This document shows positions 1 to 38,300 of a DNA stretch of 64,000 bases, one piece after another. Position 1 is the first letter of the stretch. Each line of letters starts with the position of its first letter. Location of the stretch: the NCBI GenBank assembly GCA_051362555.1, contig CM120645.1, forward strand, positions 6,324,001-6,388,000. The letters are read 5' to 3'. The translations under genes and the position numbers were made by a program. The notes under the pieces were generated by a model. It worked only from the letters and a program-made list of their open reading frames with translations, made no database searches and was not told the origin of the DNA. Source of the DNA: Lingula anatina (Eukaryota; Animalia; Brachiopoda).

Positions 1-141
1 TTGTGTTTGACAGTCTGTTTTGATGCAAACGGGCTGCATGAAGTTGACTTGGTAATCACTATTGAATATATCAAAAAGCTAAGACTTTTTTTGCTTGGTG
101 CATGAACAGCTGGTCAATGAACCACAAAACTTATATCTTTA

Positions 142-25652
<25,511 letters not shown>

Positions 25653-25723
25653 GGCGGCAACCAGGAAGTGAAGTGAAAAAATACTGGACTCCAACAGCAA
25701 ATATCGATCAGCCCTTTTTTATA

Positions 25724-25788
25724 TTGTTGACATAGGTCTTGAAATCAAGTCGCTTGCGTCGACTTGATTTCAAGACCTATGTCAACAA
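25724..25788. repeat. Perfect 29-bp inverted repeat with 7-nt loop
   Basis: TTGTTGACATAGGTCTTGAAATCAAGTCG / CGACTTGATTTCAAGACCTATGTCAACAA. Confidence 0.95.
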
Positions 25789-26283
25789 CAAGAAGTGGAA
25801 TGGAAAAAATTGCGCTTCAGCAAATATTGTCCTTTTTATGACGACAACTACAAAGATAGTAATGTGTACTTCTGTACATAGTGAAACTTGCGTGTTAGCT
25901 AATGCAAACCCGCACGAACCCGTACGGTAATTACTCGATCTTTTCAATTGGGGGAAAACTTTGAATTTTACAGATACTGTATTTTTAGGTCCTAATTTCT
26001 TGAAATCAGAACATTTCTTTGAGTGGTAGAAAAAATTAAAAAAAAAAAAAAAAAACAGACTACGCTATATATAGCTCTATTCTGTGTAGTAAAAGCACCA
26101 AGTATGCTATATAGCAATATAATTTTGTGATATCTTTCTTGTCTACGGTGCACAATTGGCCCTAAAAATAACCCGATGGCCGAAATTCCCGAAAAACGCA
26201 ACTGTGCAAAATGGCTCACTGATCGAATATTCATGCGCAAAAAGAAAAAAGAAAAAGAAAAAAAAAACTCCATACGGCTCATT

Positions 26284-27600
26284 TTAAAGGTTTCTCGTCA
26301 GTTCGTTGAAATGGTCTGAACGGAGCATATTCTTCAAAAAACATGCCCAACTAACGATATATTTATACAAATACACAAATTAAAAGCTCATTTTTAAATT
26401 TTGGGCTTTAAAAAACGTACTTTTTGCTCGGCCTGGGAGTTAATGAGCTACGTGGTCACGTGGTCCGATGACGACAATCGTGCCACCGGAGGAGAGAGCC
26501 AAGCAGCGTGTTTAGCTGTCAAACTGAGCTACATTGTCTCCCTGTAAGGTGACTTTTCTGACTCCTGATAAAAATTCATACTCATTCAAATCTCTTACCC
26601 GAGGGGTCTAAATCCTAGTAAACCTCGGTCACAACCGGACGCACGAATTTCAGGATCGTGCGTCCCCTGCGAATTTTGAGTGTTGCGGAGGCCGTGGAGG
26701 TCGTAGAGGTAAAGGAAAGTCTGCCTTGCGAGTTGCAAGGGCCACATGAGATGTCCTTTCAAGCAGGGACGCTAATTGCAAGAAGCGATGGCCGTAGAAA
26801 TTATACTAATTTCTTGAGTTTGTCTTGCATCCTGTGTACGCGGCACACACTCACCACTTACGAAGGGAATGCAACGCACGGCGAAAGTAGTGCCCTTTTG
26901 CGTCAGTTTTGCTACTCATTTGCCTCACACGTTTGTGGTGACGTACTGACGGCGTACGTCAGTTTTGCTTCCTGTTCTCCTCTTCTTTCTTCTTCCTCCT
27001 CCCTTTTTTCTACTATGTAAGCTTCTTTCTCTTGCCTTTTGGAGGCATATTAGAAACTAAATTGAGCAAAAATTTGAAATTTTTGAAAATTGTTATACAC
27101 GTTACACAGTCGACGTTCATTGTAAAGACACGAGCGTGCGTCGTGAGCAAGCCTTTTATTCACCAGGCGTGGGGGTGACGCACGTGCGACGCATTCCCGG
27201 TGTGCTCTCGACTTTGTTCGTTAGTTGTGAGGGCGTGCGCCTTACTCAACACGCAAAGGGCACTCAATTGCTCCTTCATAGCTTGCGACGTGCGTCTTGC
27301 ACAAAGCGCGTCTCTCTTGCTAACTCCGTGCGAGGTGAGCAAGTTACAGTTACATTCGCGGCCTTGCTGTTCGCAGGCTATTCGAAGAATCTTTGGGACA
27401 TGTCCAACATCCTCCGTACGTGCTTACGGGCTGTCTGCGAACTCGAAATTTCGTAAGAAGGACTTGTGTGGGAAATGAGATTCTGCGCAAAATTTGGACA
27501 CAAACAGCCCGTACGGCCGGTTGTGACCGAGGCTTAAAGCCATTTTCCAGTCTATTCAATTCTTCAACTAGCATTTAATTATGGTTATCCCAACTAGTAT
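26284..27600 (+). mobile_element. Kolobok-like element interrupted by a Harbinger-like insertion
   Basis: TTAA|AGG start; reverse-complement homology to 13370-13768 on both sides of the insert. Confidence 0.6.
26622..27533. mobile_element. PIF/Harbinger-like non-autonomous element
   Basis: TIR CCTCGGTCACAACCGG at both ends, TAA/TTA flanks, GC-rich interior. Confidence 0.75.
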
Positions 27601-27829
27601 ACAAGGCAGCAAAGCTGTCAAATGTACAGACAAAAAACAGGAAATAACTATGCACAAAATAGGCTACTGTCAATTCTGATGCAAAAATACATTATGTTAA
27701 ACTGCAAATTCAACATCAAATTTAAATTATCCTCAACAGGTAATACCAATGTAATTAAAATATGTGACAAGTTTACACTTTGAAAATGTATAACTTCCAG
27801 AAAAAGAAGTCACTTAGACTGCTTTTCCA

Positions 27830-28440
27830 ACTCAGACTGCATTTTAGTCCTGTATTTCTTTTTTGAAAGTTTGGCAATCATAAGTAACATGGTTTTCCCA
27901 TAATGGTCATCATGGCAGCAGCACCCAAAATTGTGTTTTCTTCTATTCTGATGCAATATTACATAATGGTTAACAGCATAATGACCGTCATTTTTTAATA
28001 ATAAAATATACGTATCATGGATTTTCAGAAAATGTGACTAGCATGGGTCTTCAAGCCCGTGGAACTTCAAAGTCATACCTTGAAAATGCCAAAATGTGAA
28101 AAATTAAATTTTCACCAAATAACTGTTTAACTGGCAGTAAGAATTACCAAACAGACTGTATTTCCTACTGAAGCTGTATTTTAGTCCCATGTTTCTTTTC
28201 TGTAAGTTTAAGAAAAGTAAATGACATGGTTTTTCTTAAATGGTCATCATGGGAGCAGTGCCCAAAATAGGTTTTTTTCAAATTTTGATGCAATATTACA
28301 TAATGTTTAACAGCATAATGATCATCAATTTTTAATAATAAAATATTAGTATCATGGACAAATAGTAAACGTGACTAACAAAGGTTTTTAGACCGATGGA
28401 ACTTCAAAGTCACGCCTTAAAGATGCCAAAATGTAAACAA
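27830..28440. repeat. Diverged tandem duplication (about 340-bp period)
   Basis: 27830-28100 aligns with 28170-28440. Confidence 0.7.
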
Positions 28441-28829
28441 GACTGCACTGTTCTGAAATGGGTTTATTTCCATTTTTAACACTTTTTTAACATAAAACAA
28501 AATTAATAGGTTACTGCCATTTTTATAAGATCAACTAAGAAAATTGATGAGATGTGAAAAATATCAATAGAGCAGTGTTAAATGTCCAATTTCTTCCATT
28601 CTGAGATTCTGAACATAGTGAATGATTGAATCTGACAAACTGCAATGATATGAGTTTATTTCCATTTTTGACACTTTATTACACAATAAACGATAACAAG
28701 TTTACCATCATTTTTACATAATCAACTAACAATGTTGTAAAGATGCAGGAAATGTCAAACAAACACTTTTACGTATCTTATTACTTAAATAATAAGGCTA
28801 TTAACATGCCTAAGAATTAAATCTGAGGA

Positions 28830-29350
28830 AATCTGAAGAAATGTGAAAAAACAGCATAACTTCTAAAATAATGCCCCGATTATGCTGATTTTCGAACTCA
28901 ACCTGCGTTTTAGTAAGACTGACCATTCCTGTGAGTTTAATGACAATTGGGCTTTCTGTTTTTCTTATATTGTGTTTACAGTGTTGCATATATGCTGAAC
29001 AATGAAAAAACCGCATAACTACTAAAATAGTGGCCCGATCATGCTGATTTTCGAACTTGACCTGCATTTTAGTAATATTGATTACTCCTGTGAGTTTCAT
29101 GACAACAGGCCTAACGGTTTTCCTTAAAATGTGTTTACAAGGTTGCATATATGCTGAAAAGTGAAAAAACAGCATAACTTCTACAATAATGGCCCGATCA
29201 TGCTGATTTTCGAACTTGACCTGCGTTTTATGAATATTCATCAGCTCTGTAAATATAAAGCCAAAAAGTAAAACTGCCTTCCACTTATCGTGTTTACAAG
29301 GAAAGTGCACGGCGACGGCATCGCCATCGGCGACGACAGACGCAGGTGAT
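28830..29350 (-). mobile_element. HINE-like element with about 160-bp tandem repeats
   Basis: Three units (GAAAAAACAGCATAACTTCTA...GCTGATTTTCGAAC) followed by a GGCGAC/GACA microsatellite. Confidence 0.6.
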
Positions 29351-30559
29351 GGCAATATGTACAGACACATCTGTGTCTGTACATAAAAATACTGCATTTG
29401 AATGACTTGAGGGTACTTTTGATCATTCGATATGAGGTCCATGTTATATATAAAATTCAATTCAGTTCAATTTATTAAACCCTTGCGCCCTACGGCTCAT
29501 CACAATGAAATGCAATAAAAATATAAAGTCATAAAAACAACAACAACAACAATACAACTACTTGTAGTAATGATAAAAACTCATCAGACTGACGTCAATC
29601 TTAGCTCCGATGCACATTTTAAGCACTTACATAAGTAGTTAAAGCAATAATAACTCTTCCTTTGAAATTCAAAATTCCGCAAGAAATACATTCTAAACAA
29701 CGCATGTAAATATAATATATTGCATTTCACCACTAAAACGGCTGTCATTGTAGTAAAACTAAAAACTGTGCTTGTCAATAGGGCTTTCGGTGCCTTTCTT
29801 CTCGGTCGTCAAGGCATCCGTTACCAAGGACTTTGGCGTGTCACGCGGATTCTCGCGTTCATTCGAAACCAAATAACATTTGGCGGGATAAGATATAGCA
29901 GGCGTATGATGCAATCCTCAGACGTAAGTTGCGAGTTTTTGTACAGTGCGTCGGATAACAATATGCCCATAACTGCACACATTGTAGATATAAATGCATT
30001 TTGAGCAATAAGACTATTATATCGTATGAGTCTTATTTTATGGTAATAAAGTGTTGTTGTTGTTGTCTGCTTTTCCCGCGGTTTTAAGTAGGTCACCGGA
30101 AAACCCCGCTCGATATCGCGTGACTATGCAATGTCAGAGAGGGCCCCGTCAGTTAAAATCTCTTAAGATATTTTAACAACAAACCAAGCGTTTAGGGAAA
30201 AAACCCTAGACTCACTTTGAATGCAGGAATGGGGTCGTTGACCATTGGTAAGTACGGGAAAATTGCCGTTTACTCCAGGAAAATCCAATTTTTGGCCAAA
30301 ACGAAGAGTTATTATGACTTTAATTGTGAAACATTGTTAAGTGATAACAATTAGCTTGAAAACACTTTGCTTTGTTTAATATTTTTTGACGTAATTCTGC
30401 CTAATCGTTCTGTAGCAAAGACATTTTAAATGTCTTAAAAGACCGAATAAAATGAAATTCATCCCCTAAGTCATCTAAAATACATAGTTAACAAGTTCTT
30501 AATTTTTATTTGTGCCTGTTTACCTTCCAGTTTCTACAGCTAGATTATGTGATGAAAGT

Positions 30560-31185
30560 CTAAATTTGGCAATTCATTCCTTATATTTCTGTGAAATTGG
30601 TTTATTTAAATAGAATTGCACTGTAAAATTATCAAGAAGATATTGGTACAATAGCCCGTTACTCCTTGTGGATATTTCCCCGGTCAGTGTTTGTCTCAAA
30701 TTATGTTTCAATCTTTATTCTGTCAAGGACATATTTTTGTGAAAAATTAATGACAATTCAGTGTCTCCAGTTCATTCGGTACTCAAATTACCCAATTAAA
30801 ATTTTTGTTGAGTAGATCTTTATAGCACGCTGTCATAATACAATTTTTCGAAGAGCGGGTTTGGTGAATCCCACGGCAACACACCGAGGCATAACGAAAA
30901 TTGCCCAACCCCGCTCAACACAACTTTCCTAAACTTCTCTGTCTGTATTTAGCATGCAGCTCAGATGAGTCTCAAAGACCTTTATCGTCTTTGTCGTCAA
31001 AGTACCACGTGACCCAGATCTGTTGCTTCATTTTTGCATATTGAGGTGAGGATTACTAAAACGCTTTTTTTTCTACCAATAGATTGTTTTTATACTTTTT
31101 AAAAGGTGGGGATCGATTGAAACATATATCTAGTGTGTGGATTGAGTGCTGAATCTTCAAAATTCGAGAAATGGATTTTTACGTG
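30560..31185 (-). mobile_element. Inverted homologue of the 11730-12600 repeat
   Basis: Reverse-complement similarity, near-identical over 30860-31185. Confidence 0.65.
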
Positions 31186-32865
31186 TCTAGAATCCCTCAA
31201 AGGATCGAAGTTTACCAGCCGTTCGTAATTCATGGCACATTACCGTATGTATTTGAAAGATGATAAAATTTGCCCATGAAAAGATTGAGTCATTTCCTTA
31301 AGTCAGCCAGACTACATATCCATATCACTAGGCCCCTAATCGACGCACCGCTCTGTCTTTGTGCAGGTTGACAGCTACGTGCACGTTTGGTGTGCAAATA
31401 ACTATTTGTACTCCATGGTTATCCATATCAAGCTGACGACTTTTGCCTTTTATGCTTCTGTACAAAATTGTCTGTTTCACTTTTTGTGTCGATAGGTGTA
31501 TGTGGATAATCCATGGATTGTACATTAAGGCCCAGGTCCCACTGGCGTTAAGGATAAATTTCGCATGGATTGCGCACAAAATTGGTTGATGATTTCTTAA
31601 CACCTGCAACATTCGTGATACATGCTTGTATAATTCGACCAGCATCCGCACACTTCCACAATTATCCGTACATTTTCCACACATTTTCTGTCGGAAATAT
31701 AACTAGTTTTAAAAACTGTCAGATACAGTATACTGTTTAAGCTCAAAGTACTATTTAAGCTCAAAAAGGAAATATCGCAATGGTTAAAAAAGACAGACCT
31801 CATTGGGTTGGAGTAGCTTCATAGCAACCTGTACATTAGATGAAAATCTTCTTAAAACTTAAGTGCAAGCCGGGGGTGGGGGGAGAATGGCTTTTTAGGT
31901 AATTTCAGTGGTAGTGTACTACCAAAAAGCATGATAAACTGACCTTGAGCAATTGAAAATATACCTGTAAAGCAACCACAAAATGCTCTTCATAAAAGTA
32001 AAACAATTGAAAAAAATAAAACAAACAAATTGCTGAAGCACTTTACTGCAAACAGGTAAATGGTCAATTTAATTGTAATAATTTCAACTTTTATCTTTGA
32101 GCTATAATTACTGTAATGAGTTCATCAAAAATGTGATTAAATAAATTCTAGATTATTACATATTTGAATAATCAAAACACACAAGATGCTACCATCAACT
32201 TATCAAAATTGTGTCTGCCAAAGCTTTTAAGCCTAATATAATATATATATATATACTTTCAATCAGGTTATAACTTGATATAACACCTTCTGTTTTGCCT
32301 CCAACACACACTGACACACATTTTAAATTTGTTTTCATTATATACCATGGGGTCCATATCACATTCTTCATTTAAAATGTTACATATTTTACTGCTGCAT
32401 TTCTAATATACAGGAATAGTAATTAACAATCAACCAAACAAAGTGGTGTAAAATAACAAAACACATAAGCTTAAAAGCACCCAATTGCAATGGCAGTTAT
32501 TGTTCATTTTCCATCCAGAATATGTATAGTTTCCATACAACATGCAAGTTATGGGTATATGCAATATGACTTAGAGGCAGACCACTGATTTGTATTATCA
32601 CTGTTCAAGAGCATGGGGGGGGGGGGGGGGTAATATTACAGGTACATTTTCTGTATGGAAAGGTGGGGATAATACATACTGTACGTAAACACATTTTAAG
32701 CAGCAAAGGCAGCTACTTTGAGTCTTCTAAAGACTGCAAATAAAATCTTTTTATCAGTGTCCAGTAATCAGTCCTTATTTCAATCTCCAAAGAGTAATCA
32801 GTTCTTAATTCCATCTCCAACAAAAAGAACATGTCAAGGTGCAAGACGCATGTTCACAGCTACCC

Positions 32866-35374
32866 TTATAAACCATAGTACATGCCACTATCATCTGGGG
32901 GAGGGTGGAAGAAATCATTCAACTGGTTCTTAATCTGTTGGAATGATGGACGCTTGCTTGGATCATGGTACATGCATTTCAGCATCACTTGGTTATAGCT
33001 GCAATGAAAATTTTCATGAAAAACAGAGACATATTGATCTGTGGACTTTTAGAAATATTGTCATTCCCTTAATCTGTGAGCTAAGAAAATGTATTACATG
33101 CATTCACACTTATCAAAATCACAACCAACGCAATTTGAACAATTGGAGGCTCAACTGGTCAAACACACTTACATATCATCTGGGCACTCTACAGGCTTGT
33201 CTGGGCGGGTTCCACTCTCCAGCAGGGTTATCAGTTTGTCCTTGTGTCCAGTGGGATAAGGAAGGTCACCTAAAATGTCAAGCACTATCTGGATAGTGTA
33301 ATGTGTTAATTTGACAGTGTGTTAGGTGTGAAAGTCTGTTGGGTTGAAAACAGGTTTGCAGACTGACGTATTACTATTTAATACATCAGAAAGCTGGGAA
33401 TTTTTACCATGAAATTTAAACTTTTAAATACAGACAATTTTTGCAGTAGGCTCACCCAGGCTGTACATCTCCCACAAAGTGATACCAAAGGCCCAGACAT
33501 CAGACGCAGTGGTATAATTCAGCTGAGGATCCTGCAGAATTTCCAAGGCCATCCATTTGGTGGGCAAACGACTCTGATGATATAAAAAGACAATGATAAC
33601 CATTACAACAATTTTTTATCATTATTTAACAGATAACAAAATCTTTGTAAGAAAAATATCAATTAAGCCATTATTTATACTTTCTCGTTGCTACACACTT
33701 TAGTTAGAAAGCAAAATACTTTGTTTTTGGCTGCATCTTTTCCCTCTGGGCCAAATCCCATCACCTTGGCAACCATTTTACCATTGAGGAGGACATTCTT
33801 GGACATCAGCCTCTTGTGGACAATCTAGAAAGAGAAAAAGTACGAAAGTGCTAAAATTTAATATCAAACTTGGTAAAAGAAATTTGGGACTGAAAAAGAA
33901 CATAATGTACACATAACAGTGACTGTAGAAAACAAGGGCGTGAATGCCTTGGGTATTAAATTCACTGAAATCAGGTAAATCCTCTCAACCAGTACTACTT
34001 ATCTTACAAAAAAAAGCTATCTACAAGAAACTGTGTACCCCCCCTCCCCCCAATATCGAGGTGAGGTTGACTGCAGAGATTGAAAACACTGTAATTCTCA
34101 AGATTTTTAAGTTTTAAAGGTTTTCAACTTTCAGTATAAAAATTGGGTCCTGAGCAGGTCATGGAATAAGACTTATCTTTGTCAGGAAGTCAGCACAAAA
34201 TTTGTGACATAATTAGTTACCAGGTTGTTACTCAGATGTTCCATCCCTGATGCTATTTGTACAGCATACTCCATCATACGATCAGCGGTGTCAGCGCTCA
34301 GTTCGCTTCCCTTTGCCTTCTGTGCCAGCAACCAGTCACGTAGTGAACCATTTCTGCAGTACTCCAGGACCATGTATGGACCTGTAACAAATTTTGATTA
34401 CCGCTGAAATATGGTATTTTGCCACTAACAAATTTATTCTGCTTTTTTTGTGAAATTTTTATACTGAGATTACTATACTAGCAGTATTAATTATCTAATA
34501 ACAATTCCATGTATGTATACAAAAAACTATAATTGAAATGCCTGTATTGATGCAGAAGCAGAAATTGACCAAACTGGATATAAATGAAGCTCCTTTTCAG
34601 CACATACTAGTAGATATTATTTTCTTTGAGAATCAGATGGGTAAATTTGGATCAAATACTTGCCTTTGCCACAAATAGCACTTTATCTGCTACCTTGTTA
34701 CACATGTGTAGGAAAATATTTATAATATTGACTGTACTAGTGCTGATTTTACAAGTGATTCCAAAATAAGTAAGACTGGACAAAGCACTCATCACTTACC
34801 AGTCTGAAGGTCATCTGTCACCTTTCCGAGCATGGCCAGAACATTTTCATGATGAGGAACATCTCCAATGAACTCTATCTTATCCAACATCAACTGCCTG
34901 TCTGCCTTGCTCTTGGCATCTTAAAAGTTTGGGATTAACAGAAGAGCATATTTCAAATAAAATAACATCCAACGTTTGGCCTTCATATCACACATAATCA
35001 TCATAGGATATTATGAATGTCATTGTATAATGAAGTATTACTGATTTTTTTATGTTACAATAAATATAATGCATTTGTTACAAATACATAAAGCAAATTG
35101 AATGGCTGTTAAAGACAGCTTTCTCATGTAATATAATAATCACAAAGCCAGTAGTCTAAATATAAAATGTACCTTTCAGCACTTTTGCAATAACTGCCAT
35201 AGAATTCTGTCTATCAGGAGTCCACTCAGCATGTCTTATTATGGCAAAATGGCCATTGCAGAGTGTGTCTCCTAGAACAATATGGCTGCTGGAAATATCC
35301 ACACTTCTGCCATATGCCTCACTCTCATAGTAAATGCCCTGGTCTTCATCTTCATCATATGTGTAGTTATTGTA
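32866..35374 (-). CDS. Gene B juxtamembrane, pseudokinase domain and tail exons 18-24
   Basis: [17 protein letters not shown] ... HKRLMSKN ... GFG ... LPTKWMALE ... [11 protein letters not shown] ... DDSGMYYGL-stop. Confidence 0.92.
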
Positions 35375-38300
35375 CTATAATGTATAAAAGTCTTTGTAAC
35401 AAATAAGAAGTTCACTGCGCTTAATTCACAACTGATGTGGAGGTTATGTACTGGCAGAATGAAATGTTTGAATTAATATCATCAGTATTTTTTTATCTGA
35501 AGACATGCTGGACATTAAGACTTGAAATAAGCAAAACAGTTTCCTTTTGAGTTGTATGCACTTTAACAAAGTGTAAATAAATCTGGATATATTTTATAAT
35601 ATATTCTACATTTACTATTAACGATTCAAACTGGAGTGTGCTGGGTTAATCTCAAAATAATGTGAGCCAAATTACTGTTTCCATATCAAAATCAAAATCT
35701 CATAACATTTTGACACTTGATCTCTACGTTAAGCCTTACATACATACTGATGTGACTTTTAAAACAGTTAATTACATGAAATGCAGGGATATAGATGAAT
35801 TTTGATTGCATATTTTAATTTTTATTATATTATATTATATTATAAAATATTTCTCTCCTCTCTGTAGTTATTGCAGCAGACCACAACGGTGTTATATAAC
35901 CAAACAATCTTTTTATTTAAAAATCTAATGACATATTTACCCTCCATGAAAAAATCTAAGAGAAGGTGTGGCATACACAAATTAAAATGGATAGGATGCA
36001 GTTTTGATGGAATTTTTCCTTTTTTTGTCATATAAAAAAATGTATTCTGCTTGATTCTACTACCAGGTCATTTAATAAATAATATGCACTTACACCTGCA
36101 GTTGCATTTCTCCGCCTGTTTTTTGGCCGCCAGAATTTCAACTTTTCATCTTTCCACAACCAAGGATAACCACGTCTCCGTCGCACAACTGCCACAACTC
36201 CCAACACAACCACAGCTACAGCCAGGATGATGAAGAAGATTGGCACTAAAATATATAAGTCAGGATTAAAATAAACTTATAAAATGAAAAACATAAAAAG
36301 ATAAAAAATGTAGAAATATAAACATGTAACAGCCCTCAGCAAAATGAAAAGTTTCCAGCTATATTGCAACAAAGTTTGCTGCAACTAGTTTGCAGGGGTT
36401 TGCAATTTGCCGCAGGCCTAGGATATTTTGCTAAGGCAAAAAATGTAGACAGATAAACAGACAGACACAGATAGCATGTCTGGGTCTATTAATACCAGGG
36501 ATGGGAGCTGTCTTCTGGGTCTTCGAAACGGTAAGATGTTTTAAAGGCTACAATGACCAGCATTTTTTTTTTTTTGACAGAAGACTTTTAAAAATGGAGG
36601 ATGAATCAATTTACAAAGATGATTTGGAAGACTGTTATCTCTGGAACCACCCTTGAATACTGTACTGTAGAAAAAAGTGACGTACATGTGAGAAGTCCAC
36701 TTTGATCCCCTCCACCATCACCTGGTGTGTTTCCAAGTAAAGCTGCCACTCTTGGACTGGTCAAATCAATATCTTAAAAGATGAAAAGTTTACTCATTAT
36801 ATCCAATAGATTGAAGAAAAAAAATCAACATAAAATATTAGGTTGTCAAATATTAATCCCTACCTTTTGTAACTAATTTGTTTGTACCCATAAACATTAT
36901 CATCACTACACCTGTCACATGATCACATTGATAATAACTTCAATTCCTTGAGAAAATCTATGGAAGATACCTAGATGAAATGTGGGTGCTCACACCATAT
37001 ATTTTTCCATTTGTTATTTGTGAAAACTACAACTGGATGAATCAAAATATGCAGTTTGATTATCGAACAATGTTTGTGTTATGGCTATTTACCACGTCTC
37101 ACTCTAATATTATTCCCAGCCTTATCCAGCACTTGGAGCACAACAGTAAACGCAGCTTTATCGCTTTTCACATCATATGTTGGAAACCTGTCCCCAGCTG
37201 TCCAAGAGCCATTATCAAGAGGGGCATCCTCCAATCCTATCTTCTTGGTACCTAGGTAGCTGTATATGAAGTAGTGGAAATTTGCAATACCAGACAATGC
37301 ATCCTTCCAGTTATCACCCCATGATAAGGTCAAAAGTATTTCTTTCTGAAAATGAGAAAAAAAAGAAATGCATGAAAAGGATCAAAGTATTGCCAGTATA
37401 TACAATTTTTGACAAATACTTTTAAAAACAGTTTGAACTGGCTAAAGAAAATGAGAAATTTTTCATAGTGTTTTTTCCACTTTCATTTATTTGTCAACTT
37501 CACCATATTCAAACATAAGAAACATTGCAGCATTCAAATCCAAATCATTTCTTTTTTTCTGTCCAAGATTCTGCACCTTTTTTCCCCACTTCAAACCTTC
37601 GATCATGTGTGATGTCAAAAATGGATTTCTTTTTGTAACCAGTGAAGTTGATATGCTCTTTAGATGGCATAGGCAAGACATAAATATTTCATCAATCAAA
37701 ATACTTGAGGGCCAAAAAGGGGAGGGGGGGTGGAGGAATAGAAACAGTGAGGGCAAGGTCAATCCCAAAGCATATACCATCCTTTCAAGTGCAACTGACC
37801 TTATTAACACTAATTTGTTGTCCAATTGCTACTTTCAATTCCTCATCTTCACATTTCCCAGAGCCAGCAGGACAGTTATAATATGGAGCCTCAGTATCAT
37901 AGTGGATGTTGATTTGGCGCTGAACTGTTTTTCCTTGGTATTTAACATTTCTCCCAGAAACAATCTTGTGGCCACCATTTTCAGCTTTGAGGACAATTTT
38001 TAGTCTGTAAAATTGATAAACCTTTAAAAATTTTTTTTGGATAAGTGTCTAGAAGGCCCTACTCTGCAAATATATTTCTCCTACCGGTACCTTCAATTCC
38101 TGTTTTAAATATCACTTAAATCCACTAATGCTGTACAGCAGCACTTTAAAAGAAAAAATTTTCATGAGTAATTGAAAAAAATCCATATCAATGAATATGC
38201 CTTACTTGTCCTGGTCTTTTCTAGAACCAGACAGTTTGTGGGTTTGGCTGCAGGGTACAAAGGACTCCAAAGAGGTGTCAGCTTTTAGACAGTCCAGAGT

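Noticed and set aside
26658-27578. Cluster of GC-rich overlapping ORFs
   Set aside because: It lies inside a 0.9-kb TIR element, with no recognisable transposase motifs.
28810-29460. 216-aa minus-strand ORF, the longest in the track
   Set aside because: It is a translation of about 160-bp tandem repeats in a HINE-like element, with no domain or splice support.
31328-31803. Minus-strand ORFs of 118 and 68 aa
   Set aside because: The paralogous spacer (about 51430-52170) does not preserve the frame, and there is no domain signal.
37491-38003. 170-aa plus-strand ORF and similar plus-strand ORFs (1033, 6051, 38612, 61404)
   Set aside because: Antisense shadows of real minus-strand exons.
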